54,517 nt of DNA, filler included, from Sphacelaria rigidula (GCA_964200075.2; 4 parts of 4 records of this genome joined end to end with filler, not necessarily neighbours in it), one strand, 5' to 3'. Shown: positions 13,978 to 27,210, numbered from the whole stretch's first letter. Translations and numbers: made by a program. The notes: generated from the sequence alone by a model not told the origin.

Positions 13978-15221
13978 CCTTTGATTGATTTACACCAATC
14001 CCGGGTAGTGTGGGACTCGGACAAAGAGCTGGCCCAATAAAAAAAAACAAGAAAGCGCTTACTGGTTGATGGGAGTGTGTAGGCGTTTCTCTCACCGACC
14101 ACCAGCAACCGACCTGCTGGACACCGGGGGGCTTTTATATCTTAGATCAACAGTTCCGTCATGGTACAGTGTCCAAGCAGGTACTCGGTGCCCACCCTTT
14201 TAGAACAATGCTTACTCCACGATATGAATTGCTCTACTAGAAAGGGGTGGGGCACCCCAAAATCAGGTCAACTTTCTCCGAGGATGAAGAAACGTGATGA
14301 ACGAACCGGGTACGTGAAACAAAGGGTGGGATCAGGTCTGACAAAACTAAGAAGTCAATCATCTCCATGGAATGCAAGACCCGGGGGGGAAAAGAAGAGC
14401 GGGGTAAGATCAACTCCGCGAAAAGGTGGAAAGGAAAAGAAAAACCGAAAAATAGTGCTGGAGGAACGAACCAGGCCCACAACAAAAAAAAAGGGAGGAA
14501 GGAAACTGAGACATGAAGGAAGACTAGGAAGGACATACGACGCCCATAAGACGACAAAAACAAATCATGAGACATGAAAACCGTTACAAACATAGGGGTA
14601 AAAAGGACTGAAACGAGGAAAAGGATCAGGTCCTACGAAATCAAGAGAAACCACGACGGAGTAGGGAAAAAGAACAAATGGAATCCAGACTAGAAATAAT
14701 GGACAGAGAAAACAGGATGAGGGCCCAAGTATGAAGTTCTGATCCGAAAAAACGAGGTAAACAAATCCAGAAGGTGCCCCCCCGCGAAACAAAATCAGCA
14801 ACATTCGAATTAAAGAGAAATTCAAGGGTTTTTTTTAATCGGGCGCCAAAAGGAGGTTCGGAAGGGGTTGGGGTTGGACATTCCCAATCCTGATGTACCC
14901 CCTGAGTGAACACCGACATGCGGATATCGTATGTGGCTGACAATCCCGAGTGCTTCAAGTGTACGCAGAAAGTGTCGTCAAACTCGCCAACGCCACACTT
15001 TGACAAGAAAACACTTTGCACCTCCCTCGCCCGAGGGTTCTCGGTACGCCTAGCGTTGGGGTTGGTTTGAGAGGATATCATTCCGAGAAATGGTTTTCAA
15101 CAGTCGATCAACCAATTAGTGACCGAGTGGCGGAGTGTTGTCCCTGATACGTACTCGTTAACCCGCACACGCGATTTCATTTGCCATGTGGGGACCCACG
15201 CTCATCACAAGTATGAACGAC

Positions 15222-15465
15222 AGCGTGTTCGTGACATAGAGAGTCAAGGGAAAGATTAAGAGTGGGAAGCGGTCATGTAGTAGATTTCCACTTGGGCCTC
15301 TGATTTGTACCCCTGACAAAGATACGTGTAGCTGCAAGCGCACGACAATGCTACATGCAACAGAAAGGCACACGCAAACTGAAAATTAATTGGTGTCGAA
15401 TTGGGGGGAATAACAAAAACTCGCTCTCGATCGACGCTGGACTCTCAGTATCATGAAAACAGCGC
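15222..15465. mobile_element. Family-B MITE copy, internally deleted
   Basis: Left end GTGACATAGAGAGTCAAGGGAAAGATTAAGAGTG and right end CTCTCAGTATCATGAAAAC; interior (GTGTAGCTGCAAGCGCACG) matches 43075-43375. Confidence 0.55.
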
Positions 15466-16844
15466 GCAACGTGGAAATTTATTATCGTAGACGCCTTCCT
15501 GCCCATACACTCGGGATCCAAGGGTTCTCAACAGAGAGGATCATCACCCACCACCGCAATCCACCTACTGACCTTGTAGAGCACGCGAGACTGCTGGTGA
15601 ACTCATGTCACTACAGCTAGCCAGCTCTACGTCCCATGAACGCGACGGGAGCCGGAGAAACACTCTGCAACAAACACCATGTCGTGCACAAAAATGATAG
15701 CTTCCTTCAGTAAGACAAAACAATGATTTAGTGATTTGCCCAAGGGGCGTTTAGTGTTCTCTCGTAAGATTCATTTCCCGCCCCCATCCCCCTTCACAAT
15801 TTTTGCCTGGGTAACCCCGAATTTCTCATTGGGGTTCCCAACCCGAGGCATCACGGCCCTGACGGCGCCTTGACATCTTCCGCGACTTCCGAGGGCGCGG
15901 GGGAGGAGGGGGGGGGACAGACGGATATACTCATGATCTTGCATGCCATAGTCATATAATATGACCACCGACCTCGCATCCTTACCAAGCCGGGACGGGG
16001 CACGCCGGGTTTTCGCCGGGTCAGCTCGTAACCAATGGCCAAACCCAAAGCGCCGTGACGTTTTCGGCGAATCGCATAAAGGGCGGGCTGAACGCTGCCA
16101 AGATTGTTCCGCCCAAGGCGAGCTGTCTCGTCATTAGGATGGCAGCCTCGAACGAGTTGCTTCTTTCCCGGTCTCTTCACTTCCAGACACAGCCAAGGGT
16201 TACACTGCGTCACAAGTTTCTCACCGTTCCAACACCAGGTATTACGACCGTTCCCTTCGATAGGAGTTGAGATCTCAGTTCCGCACAATATGATGCAAAT
16301 CCAACACCATCATGGCTACCCCAAAAAACGAACATGAACAAAAGACAGCAACCAGGTTGCTTAGCTTTCGCAGTGAGTGGTTTGTTTCACAACGCCGTTG
16401 CCAACAAACACACTGCCCCCGGGGAGGGGGAGTGGATTGGTAAATATAAATACGGATTCAGCTCCAGTATTGTTCCGCTCAACTACGGATTCATTCCTCA
16501 TGAGGCAGCGCCCGGGCATCGTTATCCCTCCGCTTTTATCCAGACGAAACACGGTACGAGAACTCTGTCATGATGGAAAATAACAGCACCATGCGTCGCT
16601 GCCCGCCCCAGCCCACCAACCCCCCCCGCCCACCCGCCCCGCCCTCCCCCCCCCCCCCCGACACCCCCGCCCNNNNNNNNNNGGTACGAGAACTCTGTCA
16701 TGATGGAAAAAAACACCCCCATGCGTCCCCGCCCCCCCCCCCCCCCCGCCCCTTTTTTTGCAGATCCAGTGACTTCGGGTAATGACGCCTGAGGCAGTCT
16801 GCTGCGACACCCGCTCAACCTCCCGAGGAACGAAGCGCCAAACT

Positions 16845-17297
16845 CTAGAGGAAGTATTCCACTGCAGCGACTGCCGTCGCGCCCAGGGCGGCAGTAAATG
16901 CGTATTCCCGCTTCGATACCCCCTCCGCCACGATACCGGCCGGCCCGCTGCTGGTATCGGTCGCCTCAAGGCTGCTATCGATCACAATGCTGCTATCGGC
17001 TGTCTCGTTGCTGCTACTGGCCCCTCCGGTGCTGCTGCTACTGCTACAGGAGAGGTCAGACACGGTGCACCCTTGTTCCTCTTCGAAAAGACATTCCATG
17101 TATGCAACAATCAGGGGCTCGTCGTAGCAATCTTCGGATACGACGCAGCAGAAATACTCGCTCGCATCGGAGCACAGGGTAGGCGCGGTGCAGGATAGGT
17201 CCGCCTCGCCGAGGCAGGCGTAGCAGGTGGTAGAGGCGCCGCACGCGGCAAGCTCTGACGCGCACACTGTTTCGGATGCCGATGTCGTTGCCAGCGC
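16845..17297 (-). CDS. Terminal exon 2 of a secreted Cys-rich, Ser-rich, probably GPI-anchored protein
   Basis: Acceptor ...AAACAG| at 17300-17298, phase 0. Encodes ALATTSASETVCASELAAC...CYACL...C...C..FCC...C...MEC...GC...LSC, a Ser/Thr linker and the hydrophobic tail AFTAALGATAVAAVEYFL*. Confidence 0.85.
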   Translation of the reverse strand, partial: ALATTSASETVCASELAACGASTTCYACLGEADLSCTAPTLCSDASEYFCCVVSEDCYDEPLIVAYMECLFEEEQGCTVSDLSCSSSSSTGGASSSNETADSSIVIDSSLEATDTSSGPAGIVAEGVSKREYAFTAALGATAVAAVEYFL

Positions 17298-19448
17298 CTG
17301 TTTTTTTCGTTTCGGGGGGGGAAGGTGGTTGTTGAATAATTGATTGTTGCACATCGGTTGATCTCATGGGAATCCAGTCGTGGTCACCAGATGTGCGCAC
17401 TCGATGTAGGTAAGAACGGAAATTACTCATAGAGGAAGCTCGGGAAAGGAGTAGAGCGAAAAAGAAAACAAACCGAGAAAATAAAAGATGAAACAAGAAA
17501 ACGGAAATTAGAACACGCACGCGCGCGCACACACACCCACACGCAGACACGAACCGAGAACAAAACAAGACGTATGAGAGTGAATACGACGGTAATCGGG
17601 TGACGCGGTGCACAATTTGATGAGACGGGTGCTGAATTTTTCAAGCGACATGTTCATGATCAGCACGCGCAAAACCTCACGGAACGTCAAAAAGGGAACA
17701 TGAATTTCCAGCAACCTGAAATTTCAAAACTGGAAAATGTCACAACTCCGTGGAAAAGAAGGAACCCTGCGGCATCACACGTCATCAATTGCGTACTTGC
17801 GCGCAGAAGATCCCGATAAAATTTTGACCAGGCAATCCCAAAACGACGCCGAGCGTGGAACATCTCGTGTGACACCACCGCGCCCCTGGTAATCCAAGTG
17901 ATACAGGAGACTCCAGGTAAGGAGATCACGAGTTCCAATTCCGACAGATCCTCTTTTGTTCTGGCAGAATCTGGTTCGTTGTCGAGGTCATATACTGTGC
18001 AGTACATTTTTCTTCGTGTCTTTTGTTCATGTTTGCGGCAGAGCGTGCATGACCCAGGTGATCTGCAGTTTACAGCGACATGCCTTTATCGGGCTGATTT
18101 CGGAAAGTTTTAGAAGTTGTCGTGTGCCTTGCGTTTGTGTAGGTCTTACGGGAAGCTCAGCTCGTAGTTGCACAAATAAATCGGGCGAAGAAAAATGGTG
18201 CATGGTAAGGTGTGTGCGGATGACCTGACCTGTGGGCTTTAATGCCTGCGGACATTTTTTGAGCGGCGGACCTTCACGACCAATACTTCAACAGTGCACG
18301 ACACAGCAACAAAAGTTGCACGAGATTTTAAGGTGGTACTCCGGTGAAGTATCATGGGTACCTCACTCCCTCCTCCCACGGGCACCCCCTCCATTGTAAG
18401 AGTTCCACGTGTCGTTGTGAGTAAGAGAGTCCAATCCCTAAATTTGAGCTTGTGTTAAGTCACGCACAGGACTCACTCTCGGGTAGACGGGAGTATATGC
18501 TGGGGGTATGACCGATGAAACATGAATTAGAAAATACGTTGACGCATGCAGTTGATTACGCCATGTAGAGAAAATCGGAATAATAATGAAGGTGAGTGGA
18601 CGTCTCTTTTCGGTGCTCTCAGCACATGTTCTACTGCAGATCGTATCACAACTCAGGCCTTGTATTCAAATAACATCCTCTAACAAAGTCTCGAGATGCT
18701 ACGCGGGTACTCGGGGGTGAATATAATGAGGATACCCGGCCGACATATTCTGGAAAGGATCATAGCTCGACGTGGCACATGACACCTACCTGGGACGTGA
18801 AATCTGAAAAATCATCGAGGTCCGTTCGTTGTGACTAGTTGATGCCTGTGGGGGATTGCTTGGTGAGGTTTCACAGCCGCCCACCGCTTTCGGTCGCCTA
18901 CAAACGTTTCACTCGTCGGACACATCATGATTCGTCCGAAAATTACCTCTTCCCAGTATACTGATCCAGATCATGATCTGGATCGTTTGACCCCCCTCTT
19001 CCATGTTTGCTCCTTACAGCGTCGGACGCTGAGCAAGCGGAGTAGCGCGAGGGTGGAGGTTGCGCTTTAGCTTTCGTGACTCCGGGGTCACATATTTTGT
19101 GATTTTGGACGAAATGAATTCGAGAGTCTTCTTCGATGCGTTGTTTCAGACAGATCATGATATGTCCGACGAGTGAAACGGTTGCACAGCATTCTCCGAT
19201 ACAAGAGCTTGTGTTGTTCAGCACACTTGAATCAAAGACATGGATTTGTTTTGAAAGGGGCGCTCATCAGCCAACGAAAGCACACACACGCAGATGCGAA
19301 GAAATTAGGCAGAAGATGATGAAGATGGGAAGGAAAGGAGAATGAAGGAGAACACCCAAGGCAGGCGTGCCAAAAAAATGACCAAACCAAATGACCCTGA
19401 TCCCCTCGGCTAATTACTCGGTACATAAAACACTTGAAAAAACTCTCA

Positions 19449-20328
19449 GCTTGTTCTTGGTACCGATATCAGACCAGGACACCGTTCCACTCACTTGCAT
19501 ATTCGCAAATACCAATCCTTGTTACTTTCCTGTCTTCAACGGAGGACCCGACAATCCTATTCAACCCTCTGGGAACGCAAGTGCTGATTCTTGTTTTGTG
19601 AATCTTTGTGAATCAAGATCGCATCATTTTGACTTGAAAATGACTGAAAATGATGCTGATTCACCAAAACAAAAATCAGCACTCCCTGGGCGTCTAGTTC
19701 CCAAAGGGTTAATCACAACTGATCCATGAAAATATGGATTTTCCATTACTTTCTGCGGATACCCCTACTTGCACGTGACTCTACTGCCCCATCACGTTTT
19801 CTTCCTTATTTCGCCGACCAGGTCTTCCGCAATTCTACTTTTCCTGCAAGCTATTGCTACAACGTTACAGAAACGACCCAAGGCTAACGCTACAAACCGC
19901 CCATGCAGGTGATACTGTACGTTGGTTATCATTGATATCCAGCTACTGTTTACGTACTGATTGGCTTGTTCTGGGTCCAGTATCAGATCAGGATACCGTT
20001 CCACTCACTTGCTATATTCGCAAATACCAATCCTTGTTACTTTCCTGTCCTAAACGGAGGACCCGACAATCCTATCCAATCACAACTGATCCATAAAAAT
20101 ATGGATTTTCCATTACTTCTGCGGATACCCCTACTTGCACGTGACTCTACTGCCCCATCACGTTTTCTTCCTTATTTCGCCGACCAGATCTTCCGCAATT
20201 CTACTTTTCCCGCAAACTGTTGCTACAACGTTACAGAAACGACCCAAGGCTAAGGCTACAAACCGCCTATGCAGGTGATACGGTACGTTTGTCGTCATTG
20301 ATATTCAGCTACTGTTTACGTACTGATC
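19449..20328. repeat. Direct tandem duplication, unit ~365 bp, two copies
   Basis: GCTTGTTCT...CCGTTCCACTCAC...GCTACTGTTTACGTACTGAT occurs at ~19449-19959 (with an insert) and at ~19963-20328. Confidence 0.9.
19565..19708. mobile_element. piggyBac-type MITE (144 bp)
   Basis: TIR CCCTCTGGGAAC / GTTCCCAAAGGG; flanked by TCAA and TTAA; absent from the second tandem copy (CCTATCCAATCAC). Confidence 0.75.
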
Positions 20329-21151
20329 AATAACTGGCCATGACTGCCTTCCCTGTTTTCAGCTGTGGCGAGCACAACTCTCAACTAATTCCACTATTGA
20401 TACGTACCATGCATTCTCAACACGACTACAGTTGCAATGGGTGACTGAATGATCCAACCAGCTTCAAGACATCATATTCTAGTATAAGTACGAAAGAGTC
20501 AACTGTTACTGAGGTTTTTCACCATTGTGTTTACGACCGTAATGCGGTGGATGAGGGTCACGACCGAATCACGGGGTCGGGATAAGGAGGGTTCGATTTT
20601 TCAAAGATGCGCTAGATCAAGTTCTGAAAAAAAAATAAGAAGATTCCGTCAGGAACATGCGTTCAGACAAATTTACTGAAAATAATTTGATTTCCTCCGG
20701 TGTCCTCGGATTCCTCTCTTAAAACGTATCTAATTTCCGCTGTTGCATAACGTGAGGAACATGAAAAACAACAAGTGTTTATTTGACCAGAGTGTATGCG
20801 GTACGGACGTGCTGATCCAATCTGCTATACCAAAATGCGATGCGTGTCCGGCGGGGGTGGAGGGGCGGCGGCTGGACTTCATGTCACCACGAACTCGCCC
20901 AGAGGAAGGGGAAATGTTGACAGTTTGAAAAAATCCAAGATGTTCCGTTTGTCTATGGGTATCACCGAGGATCAGATCACACCAAACCGTTCGACAGCGT
21001 CACCCCTTCCGCCTCCGGCTGCAAAATAAAATCCGTGGATTTCAAAGGTGGGAATTCATTTTTCAAGTAAAATATGACGCCCATGAACACAACTGACCCA
21101 TGCTGAGGGTGGCTGTCGTCTGTGTGTATAGACCAAGTCGAAGTGCACCGT

Positions 21152-21276
21152 ACAGCACAGCACAGCAAAGCACAGCACAGCACAGCACAGCACAGCACAG
21201 CACAGTACAGTACAGTACAGTACAGTACAGTACAGTACAGTACAGTACAGTACAGTACAGTACAGTACAGTACAGT
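21152..21276 (+). repeat. Compound pentanucleotide microsatellite (ACAGC)n(ACAGT)n
   Basis: About 25 units, read directly from the sequence. Confidence 0.97.
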
Positions 21277-22252
21277 GTCAATCTTTCACCTTCATTTCTT
21301 GGGTAAAGCGCGTTGCTCGGGACACTCAATCGAGGGACGGATAATTGCGCGATTCGAGTGCCGATTGTTGCGTTGGGTGCTTCAATCCCCAATGCATCAT
21401 ACTGTGGTGGCTATTTCAGGGTACATCCCACGGTCAGATCAGTAAGCCACAAAATATACTCCGGAGTAAATGCTCTCCAGGTTTAGAGTGTATGCTTTCA
21501 AAGGAAAAGGACAAGGCCAACGCTACAGGGTGGGTGTTTTGGGGTGCGCAAGGGTATGTAGGGTGTGAACAGGGACGGCAATGCCTGCACGCGCGACTAA
21601 CCCGTCAAAAGATTATATACTAAAACCAATTGTACTTCGGCGGAGCATACAAGGACAAGAAAATGAAAATCGATTTACTGTCTCTGGTCGTTTTGAATTC
21701 CTCAGACAGCCCTCCCTCACTTCATGCGCCCAGATTATCATACCTAACTGTACTACACTGTACTGTGCCTTGGGACACTGTCGCACTGCGCCCCTGTGAT
21801 TTCGAGGGGATACTGCATCCTAGTCTCGTGTATTTCAGTCAGCCGTGTCATTTTCCATACAACCTAAGTGGACAATTTCGAGCGGACAGCAGTGCGCCCG
21901 CCTGATATACCGTCATAACTTTGATTCATCCCGTTTTTTCGCTCGAGAACAAAGTCGACGAATATGTGCTGCTTAAAAGCACAAATTGAAAAATCAGAGA
22001 CGAGAAGAATATACTCACGGAACAAACGTCTCAAAACCTTCACTGCGACAACAGTTCAGGAACTTCGTCAGGAGAGGATCAGCACGTATCAATAGTAGTC
22101 TGTTTTTTCAGCATGATTTAGCCGAATGAAAGGCACAGTTAGCGTCAGACTTGTGCCGCAGACAGGCTGACAGAGAGTGACAGATGCGTTTTGGATGACA
22201 AGAAAAACGAAAAATACTCGTACTAGTCCATGGAATTGAGGAGAAAACTGAC

Positions 22253-22372
22253 CCGCATCTGCTCCTTTGCCTTGGGTACACTATTCGCGAGAGGCAGAGC
22301 AGATGATGTTGACAGCCGCGCCATTGCGATCACCACGGCAAGGGCAGCCATGCGTGCGGAAATCCCCATCAT
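22253..22372 (-). CDS. Exon 1 (signal peptide) of the same secreted protein; not in the ORF track
   Basis: TCAAG-ATG context; 40 codons MMGISARMAALAVVIAMARLSTSSALPLANSVPKAKEQMR, then GTCAGT donor in phase 0 matching exon 2. Spliced product is 190 aa. Confidence 0.75.
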
Positions 22373-23199
22373 CTTGATTAGAGTTCTGGGCCTCAGCACA
22401 TTTTTTCAAAAATGGGACGATACCATGAAAAGGCACGGGGGAGGAGAGGGCACAGCGCGAGAAAACGTGAAGAGGGGAGAGCATACGCGTTACGTCAGAT
22501 AAGCAGAACCCACTCACATTTCAACATTCGTGGCGACATCTGCGCCGTTGTGAAATTCTTGGGGTGAGCAAGTGACGGTACAGCCGTGTTCATAATAAAA
22601 CGAATGATGTCTGGTGTCGTACGGAGTTAAAATGATGTTTTTGGTCCCACATGAGATCCTATTCCTCCACAGATTATCCGCCCGATAAACAGGAGAAGAG
22701 ACGGTTGTGTCGACGCCGCTTGGGCATACACAGGGATCACTGTGAAGCACCCACGAGCTTATTCGCCAATTTCAAGCACGGCATATACCCTGTCAACGCG
22801 TCAACACTCTGAATGCTGACATATCCGGTTATTCGTTGTGCGCGCGGAGGCAGTGTGCATTTTATCAAATAGTGGCATAAATTAGAGCTGGGCCGGCGTA
22901 GACGCGGATCCAAGCTCTCAAAGCAATACCTCATCGACACGGACGAGTTGGGCCGTAATCTGCACGTCGTAGTAATCGTCCTGTCAAGGAGAAGGGGCCC
23001 ATCTGCTCAAAACTCTGGGCTATTTTCTTCTCCTTGATAAAACTCAATGTGTGGCAATCCCCATGGCTAAAATGTGTACGACTAATGAGGCTCATTCCCT
23101 CCTCACCCAAGACGACTCGCCCCTGCAACCCACTGCCGGCCTACCGGCGATATCGCTGCCTACTTTTTCCCGAAATTATAGCAGTACCTCGTTGATGGA

Positions 23200-23830
23200 A
23201 CATGTCGGTGGATGAAAATTACGACCAGGATCGCAGAAAGCGTAGTGCACCGACTGCCACCGGGACTGGGCCACGGAAAAAGGCGATCACAAGACCCGCT
23301 GCAAAGCGGGGACGCACTTGCTTCAGATGATCGGACGGGAAATGCGACCTTCCTGGCGACCAATCCAAGTACCGCCAAGTGGATGGTTTGGGGCGTCCCC
23401 GGGCCGACGTGGAGGCGGAAAGAGCCCGTCGTTTGACACCACCGAGGGCCGGAGCGGGTCATAATGGGCGACGGTGCTCAGGATCGCGATGGGCAGAAGG
23501 GCAAGGGTGCTGACGCCGCGAGCCATGCCTCTGCGGCGCATACGAACCCCGGCGGTTGGGGTGCCACCTGTGGAGGAGGGCCAGCCGCCCCGGCTAGTGA
23601 TAATGCATCGCCGACGTCTGGACAGGGGTACAGGCTCCGCCGGGGAACTGTGGGGCCAACGGTGTCGGGTGAGCGTCGGAGCGTTACGGAGAGACGTCGA
23701 GGAGGTTTGAGGCCGCTAGCTCGAGGCTCGTTGGCGAAGGCAGACCAGACCGATGGCAAACGCGAGTCGTTTGTACCAGGATCGTTGGGGGCGCGGAACA
23801 CCGGTGTGTGTGTTTGTCGAGTAATCCTCC
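23200..23830 (-). mobile_element. Possible decayed LTR-retrotransposon gag 5' fragment
   Basis: GC-rich, Pro-rich frameshifted peptides (MFRAPNDPG...PPPQVAPQPP...); resemblance to algal gypsy gag N-termini is from recall only. Confidence 0.3.
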
Positions 23831-24789
23831 GTTGACAGGTAAAAAATCTGGGGCTGCCGCAATCTCTTATCTGGGGTCTTGACCATTGGCAAGAACAGGA
23901 GGTGATATTGGCAATTACGTGGATATTTGTTGGTTTTTCGCACTTGGCACCGAATATCGATATGAGCCGTGTGTCACACTGGTTTGGGGGACCGAAAAAA
24001 TATGTCGGAATGGAGCGTTCACGAAGCAGGTTGAAACCGGGGGAGTAGGATAGATGTGAACGACGTCGACCATAGACTTTCGGCGCTGGATTATTGCAAC
24101 TACAGAAGCCCCATCCTCCGTGCTCGACAGTTGCGATCGAACGTGATAACAGATATGATTACCACGATTGTTTTCGACAAGAGCCGCGCCCACGAAATTG
24201 ATGAGATACGCGTCTCTCTCGTGGGCGTCGTCGAAGACAACTTCAGTATTATCGATAACGTTTATTTTCCCCACGACGACCCTGACGGGTACGCAGGTGT
24301 TAATGCGGACAGTGATTTTGCACGTGCACCGCCAGTCTAACTAGGTCACGTGCTGAAGGATATGATGTGGCAAATTTTGTGCCTGCGCCACTCCCAGGGT
24401 GCAGTTGCGCGTATTGTGGTCGCAAAATGGGTGTGAGTGAGGCCTATCGATAGGTGCTCATAGGTCTTGCGGGTTCACATGTTTCCTGTTACGCTGTGGA
24501 GGACGTGATCGTATCTGATCTGCGGTTGCAATTTGGACGGCGGAGTAGTTCAGGTTTATGGGCATTGACGGCCTCTGCGCTTGAACACCCACACAATCAC
24601 ACTGCTTCTCGCAGCGCCCGCAAATCGGAAGCCGGCCGAGCGGCGTCGGCCGCAGTCGGAGTGGAGGCACCACGTAATCGGCTCACTGCACTCGTACCTG
24701 CCGACTGTAATCTAATTCCAGGTGCCGGCGGTCGCATTTCAGACCCATTTTCTGGGCGCTACTACGCTGACGACGCAATACTCGAGAAT

Positions 24790-25560
24790 AAACAAAGATC
24801 GACAGAAATGTGTGTCGGCAGAATTGAACGATATTACAGCACACATATCGGCAGATTGGCGCACGACATATGTCGACATGGTTGCAATATATCGTGTGCG
24901 GGCACGCCTACGAAAGAAAAGCTCCCAACTGTACCATCGGCCCGACGCCCAGCCACCTCTGAAGATCTGGATACTCAAGGCGGAGGTGGTGGAAGCTATA
25001 AGCTGCACGGATGTGCTACATGGATGCTGCGTCCCGACGACTTCAAGAGTCTGAGCGCTGCCCCCGACCAGCTTCTGCTGCGAGTGGTTCGATCCCGCAG
25101 GAAGCAGCGTACTGGGTGCAAGACTCCTTCGCACAGAGATGTGCTCGCGATGATCAGCTGCGAACAAATCGCGACGACCATCCTCAAGCGCCGACTCTGC
25201 TTGGCGGGGACCCTCGTCCGGTGGGACGAAACATATGTTTCAAAGCGCATATTTTCCGGACGGGTTAGTCGCACCAACTCCAAAGGAGGATAACCCCCTT
25301 CCCGCCGAACACTGGAGGGGGGCGGCTTCAGGAGCACCTGCGTGCACTACGGGATACTCCACGCAACGCCGGAGGGCGAATTGGTTCGCCGCGACGACAA
25401 GAAGGGCCACAGGGCATCTTGAAGTCGAGAAAGAAGCGGAGACGTTCGAGAAGATCTGGCAGCGCCAACATAAACGTCGACACAACCGAGAGGTTGCGGC
25501 ACCGAGAGACGCCAGACGGGGAGTCAACACCGTCGACACAACAACAGCGACAGCTCGCGA
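24790..25560 (+). mobile_element. Degenerate 5'-truncated LINE (RTE-like) ORF2, post-RT C-terminal region
   Basis: Frameshifted peptides ARLRKKSSQLYHRPDAQPPLKIWILKAEVVEA / LHGCATWMLR...LLLRVV...TTILKRRLCLAGTLVR...SKRIFSG follow the RTE-clade pattern LKxxxYxxxVxxxLLYGCETW...RRLRWAGHVxR...K. Confidence 0.8.
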
Positions 25561-26374
25561 GGAATCCAGGATGGAAACGGTCGAGAGCAAGTCACCACTC
25601 GGGATTATTATGAACCTGGCGATTTCTCTTGAAACAGTTTCTTTCGTTTTTCTTCATTTTCCTTGTTTTTTCAGGGAAGTTCCAAGGGAAAATAGACAAC
25701 GATACACGATCTGCTTTCATGGGTATGTTGTTATCTCTTGTTCATGGGTGCACGCGTGGGTATTCTTTTGCGCACGGAATTTTCCTCCTCAGCCTTGCTG
25801 CAGGGGCCGGCCATGTGCAGTCCTGCGACGAAATAAAAATGACACAAAAATATCAGACTGCCCGCACTATACTTGTGAATGCCCGCACTTGGCCCGCATA
25901 CATATATCACGACGTCTGTGAACTGAAACTTTGTTAATTTCTCGACCGGGACTGGGTTCACGCCCGTGAACCTCGGTGCACTAGTCTCGCACAATACGCG
26001 CAGTATGTGCACCGGAGAACAGCTCCTTTCGGGGAGCGGGCAAATCAAACGACCGATCGCGGGCAATGTTGTCGATATGCCCTCAAAACAGTTATCTCGT
26101 AGCCCAGATTCTGTGCACCGTCAGTGAATGCATGTGTGAACATGATGGTACATTCACTTCCACGTCATGAGCGCCTGGGAGAGTGCAGTGCTTACAAGCA
26201 AACGTAGATCAGAAGTGACACCCTCTGGATAAGGACAAGGTGTAGAAAAGAGATGCTCAGCACGTGAGGCACAGTCGTACACGCGCTGTCGTCGCTGTCT
26301 GTAAGGCGCGGAAACTTCAATCACGTGCCATGTAAACTACAATAAACAAGTCCATGTTGCTGGATCTGGTGAGA

Positions 26375-26755
26375 CACCCATGAGGCAGTGTGTAGGCCGT
26401 GGCTATCTCTCGAAGTAGAGATACCAAAAAATGAAGCAACTCATTGGAGGTTGTCATGTCATCCAAGTCCAAGATAATCATTGGGCAATCCAAGCAATAT
26501 GCAGCTCGCCCTTAATGCGAATCGCCGAATACATCACGGCGCTTCGCGCTTGGGGATTGATCGCGAGCCTGGTCGGGCGAGAACCCGGCGTGCGCCGTTC
26601 GGGCTTTGCAGGGGTGCGAGGTTGGTGTTTGTATGACTCATGGCGTGCATGATATTGAGTACACCCCCTCCCCTTCAAGGCTCCGTCTCGAAAAGGATGC
26701 GTGGTCAATGGTCACACGACTAAGGCAAGCAACAAATGAGTGCTCCCCCCCACCC
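26375..26755 (+). repeat. Dispersed repeat family; related pieces at ~15900-16030, 28480-28545, 39193-39265, 39499-39795, 39935-40003, 40810-40862
   Basis: Shared motifs CTCCGTCTCGAA..GATGCGTGGTCAATGGTCACACGACTAAGGCAAGCAACAAAT, GCGAGCCTGGT..GAAAACCGGGTG and ATGACT.ATGGC.TGCATGAT, found in both orientations. Confidence 0.7.
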
Positions 26756-27210
26756 CCGCTCCATGTATCTGAATCTGGGGTTGGGGGCTGCAACAGTGCG
26801 CGAGGGGGTGAAAATAGCCCAGATTCTGTTCCGATTATATTTTTAGTATTGTGGCGCAGCACTGCTTTTAGGTTTGTTGTTCGATTATTATTTCCAAAGT
26901 TGTGTTTCGTAGGGTACAGTTTTCTGTATACCTGGGGTATTTTGCCGGGTATTCACTGTACCCGACAGTCCTATGACTTCGGTAAGAAAATCATATCTTT
27001 ACCCGACAACTATCTCTGTAAGACTTTCATACCCTGACCCGATCGTTCTGTGATCTCTGTAAGACTCAGTACTGTTAGCGCGGGGCACGGGTATGCTCTT
27101 GACCCTTTTGGGACCGGACCCCCACCAACACAGGGTTGACCCTGTGTTGGTGGAATAGTAAAAAATAAGTCTTCGAGCGACCTACCCAATCACAGCGAGG
27201 CGAAATTCGT

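Noticed and set aside
16553-16760. Direct repeat GGTACGAGAACTCTGTCATGATGGAAAA around a short N gap
   Set aside because: It flanks a gap in poly-C sequence, so it is likely an assembly overlap artefact.
20977-21445. ORFs with CTVLY / QYSTV repeats
   Set aside because: These are translations of a pentanucleotide microsatellite.
23323-23541. Alternative signal-peptide exon (MARGVSTLALLPIAIL...) for the Cys-rich gene
   Set aside because: No convincing donor was found and it lies in TE-like sequence; 22372-22253 fits phase and context better.
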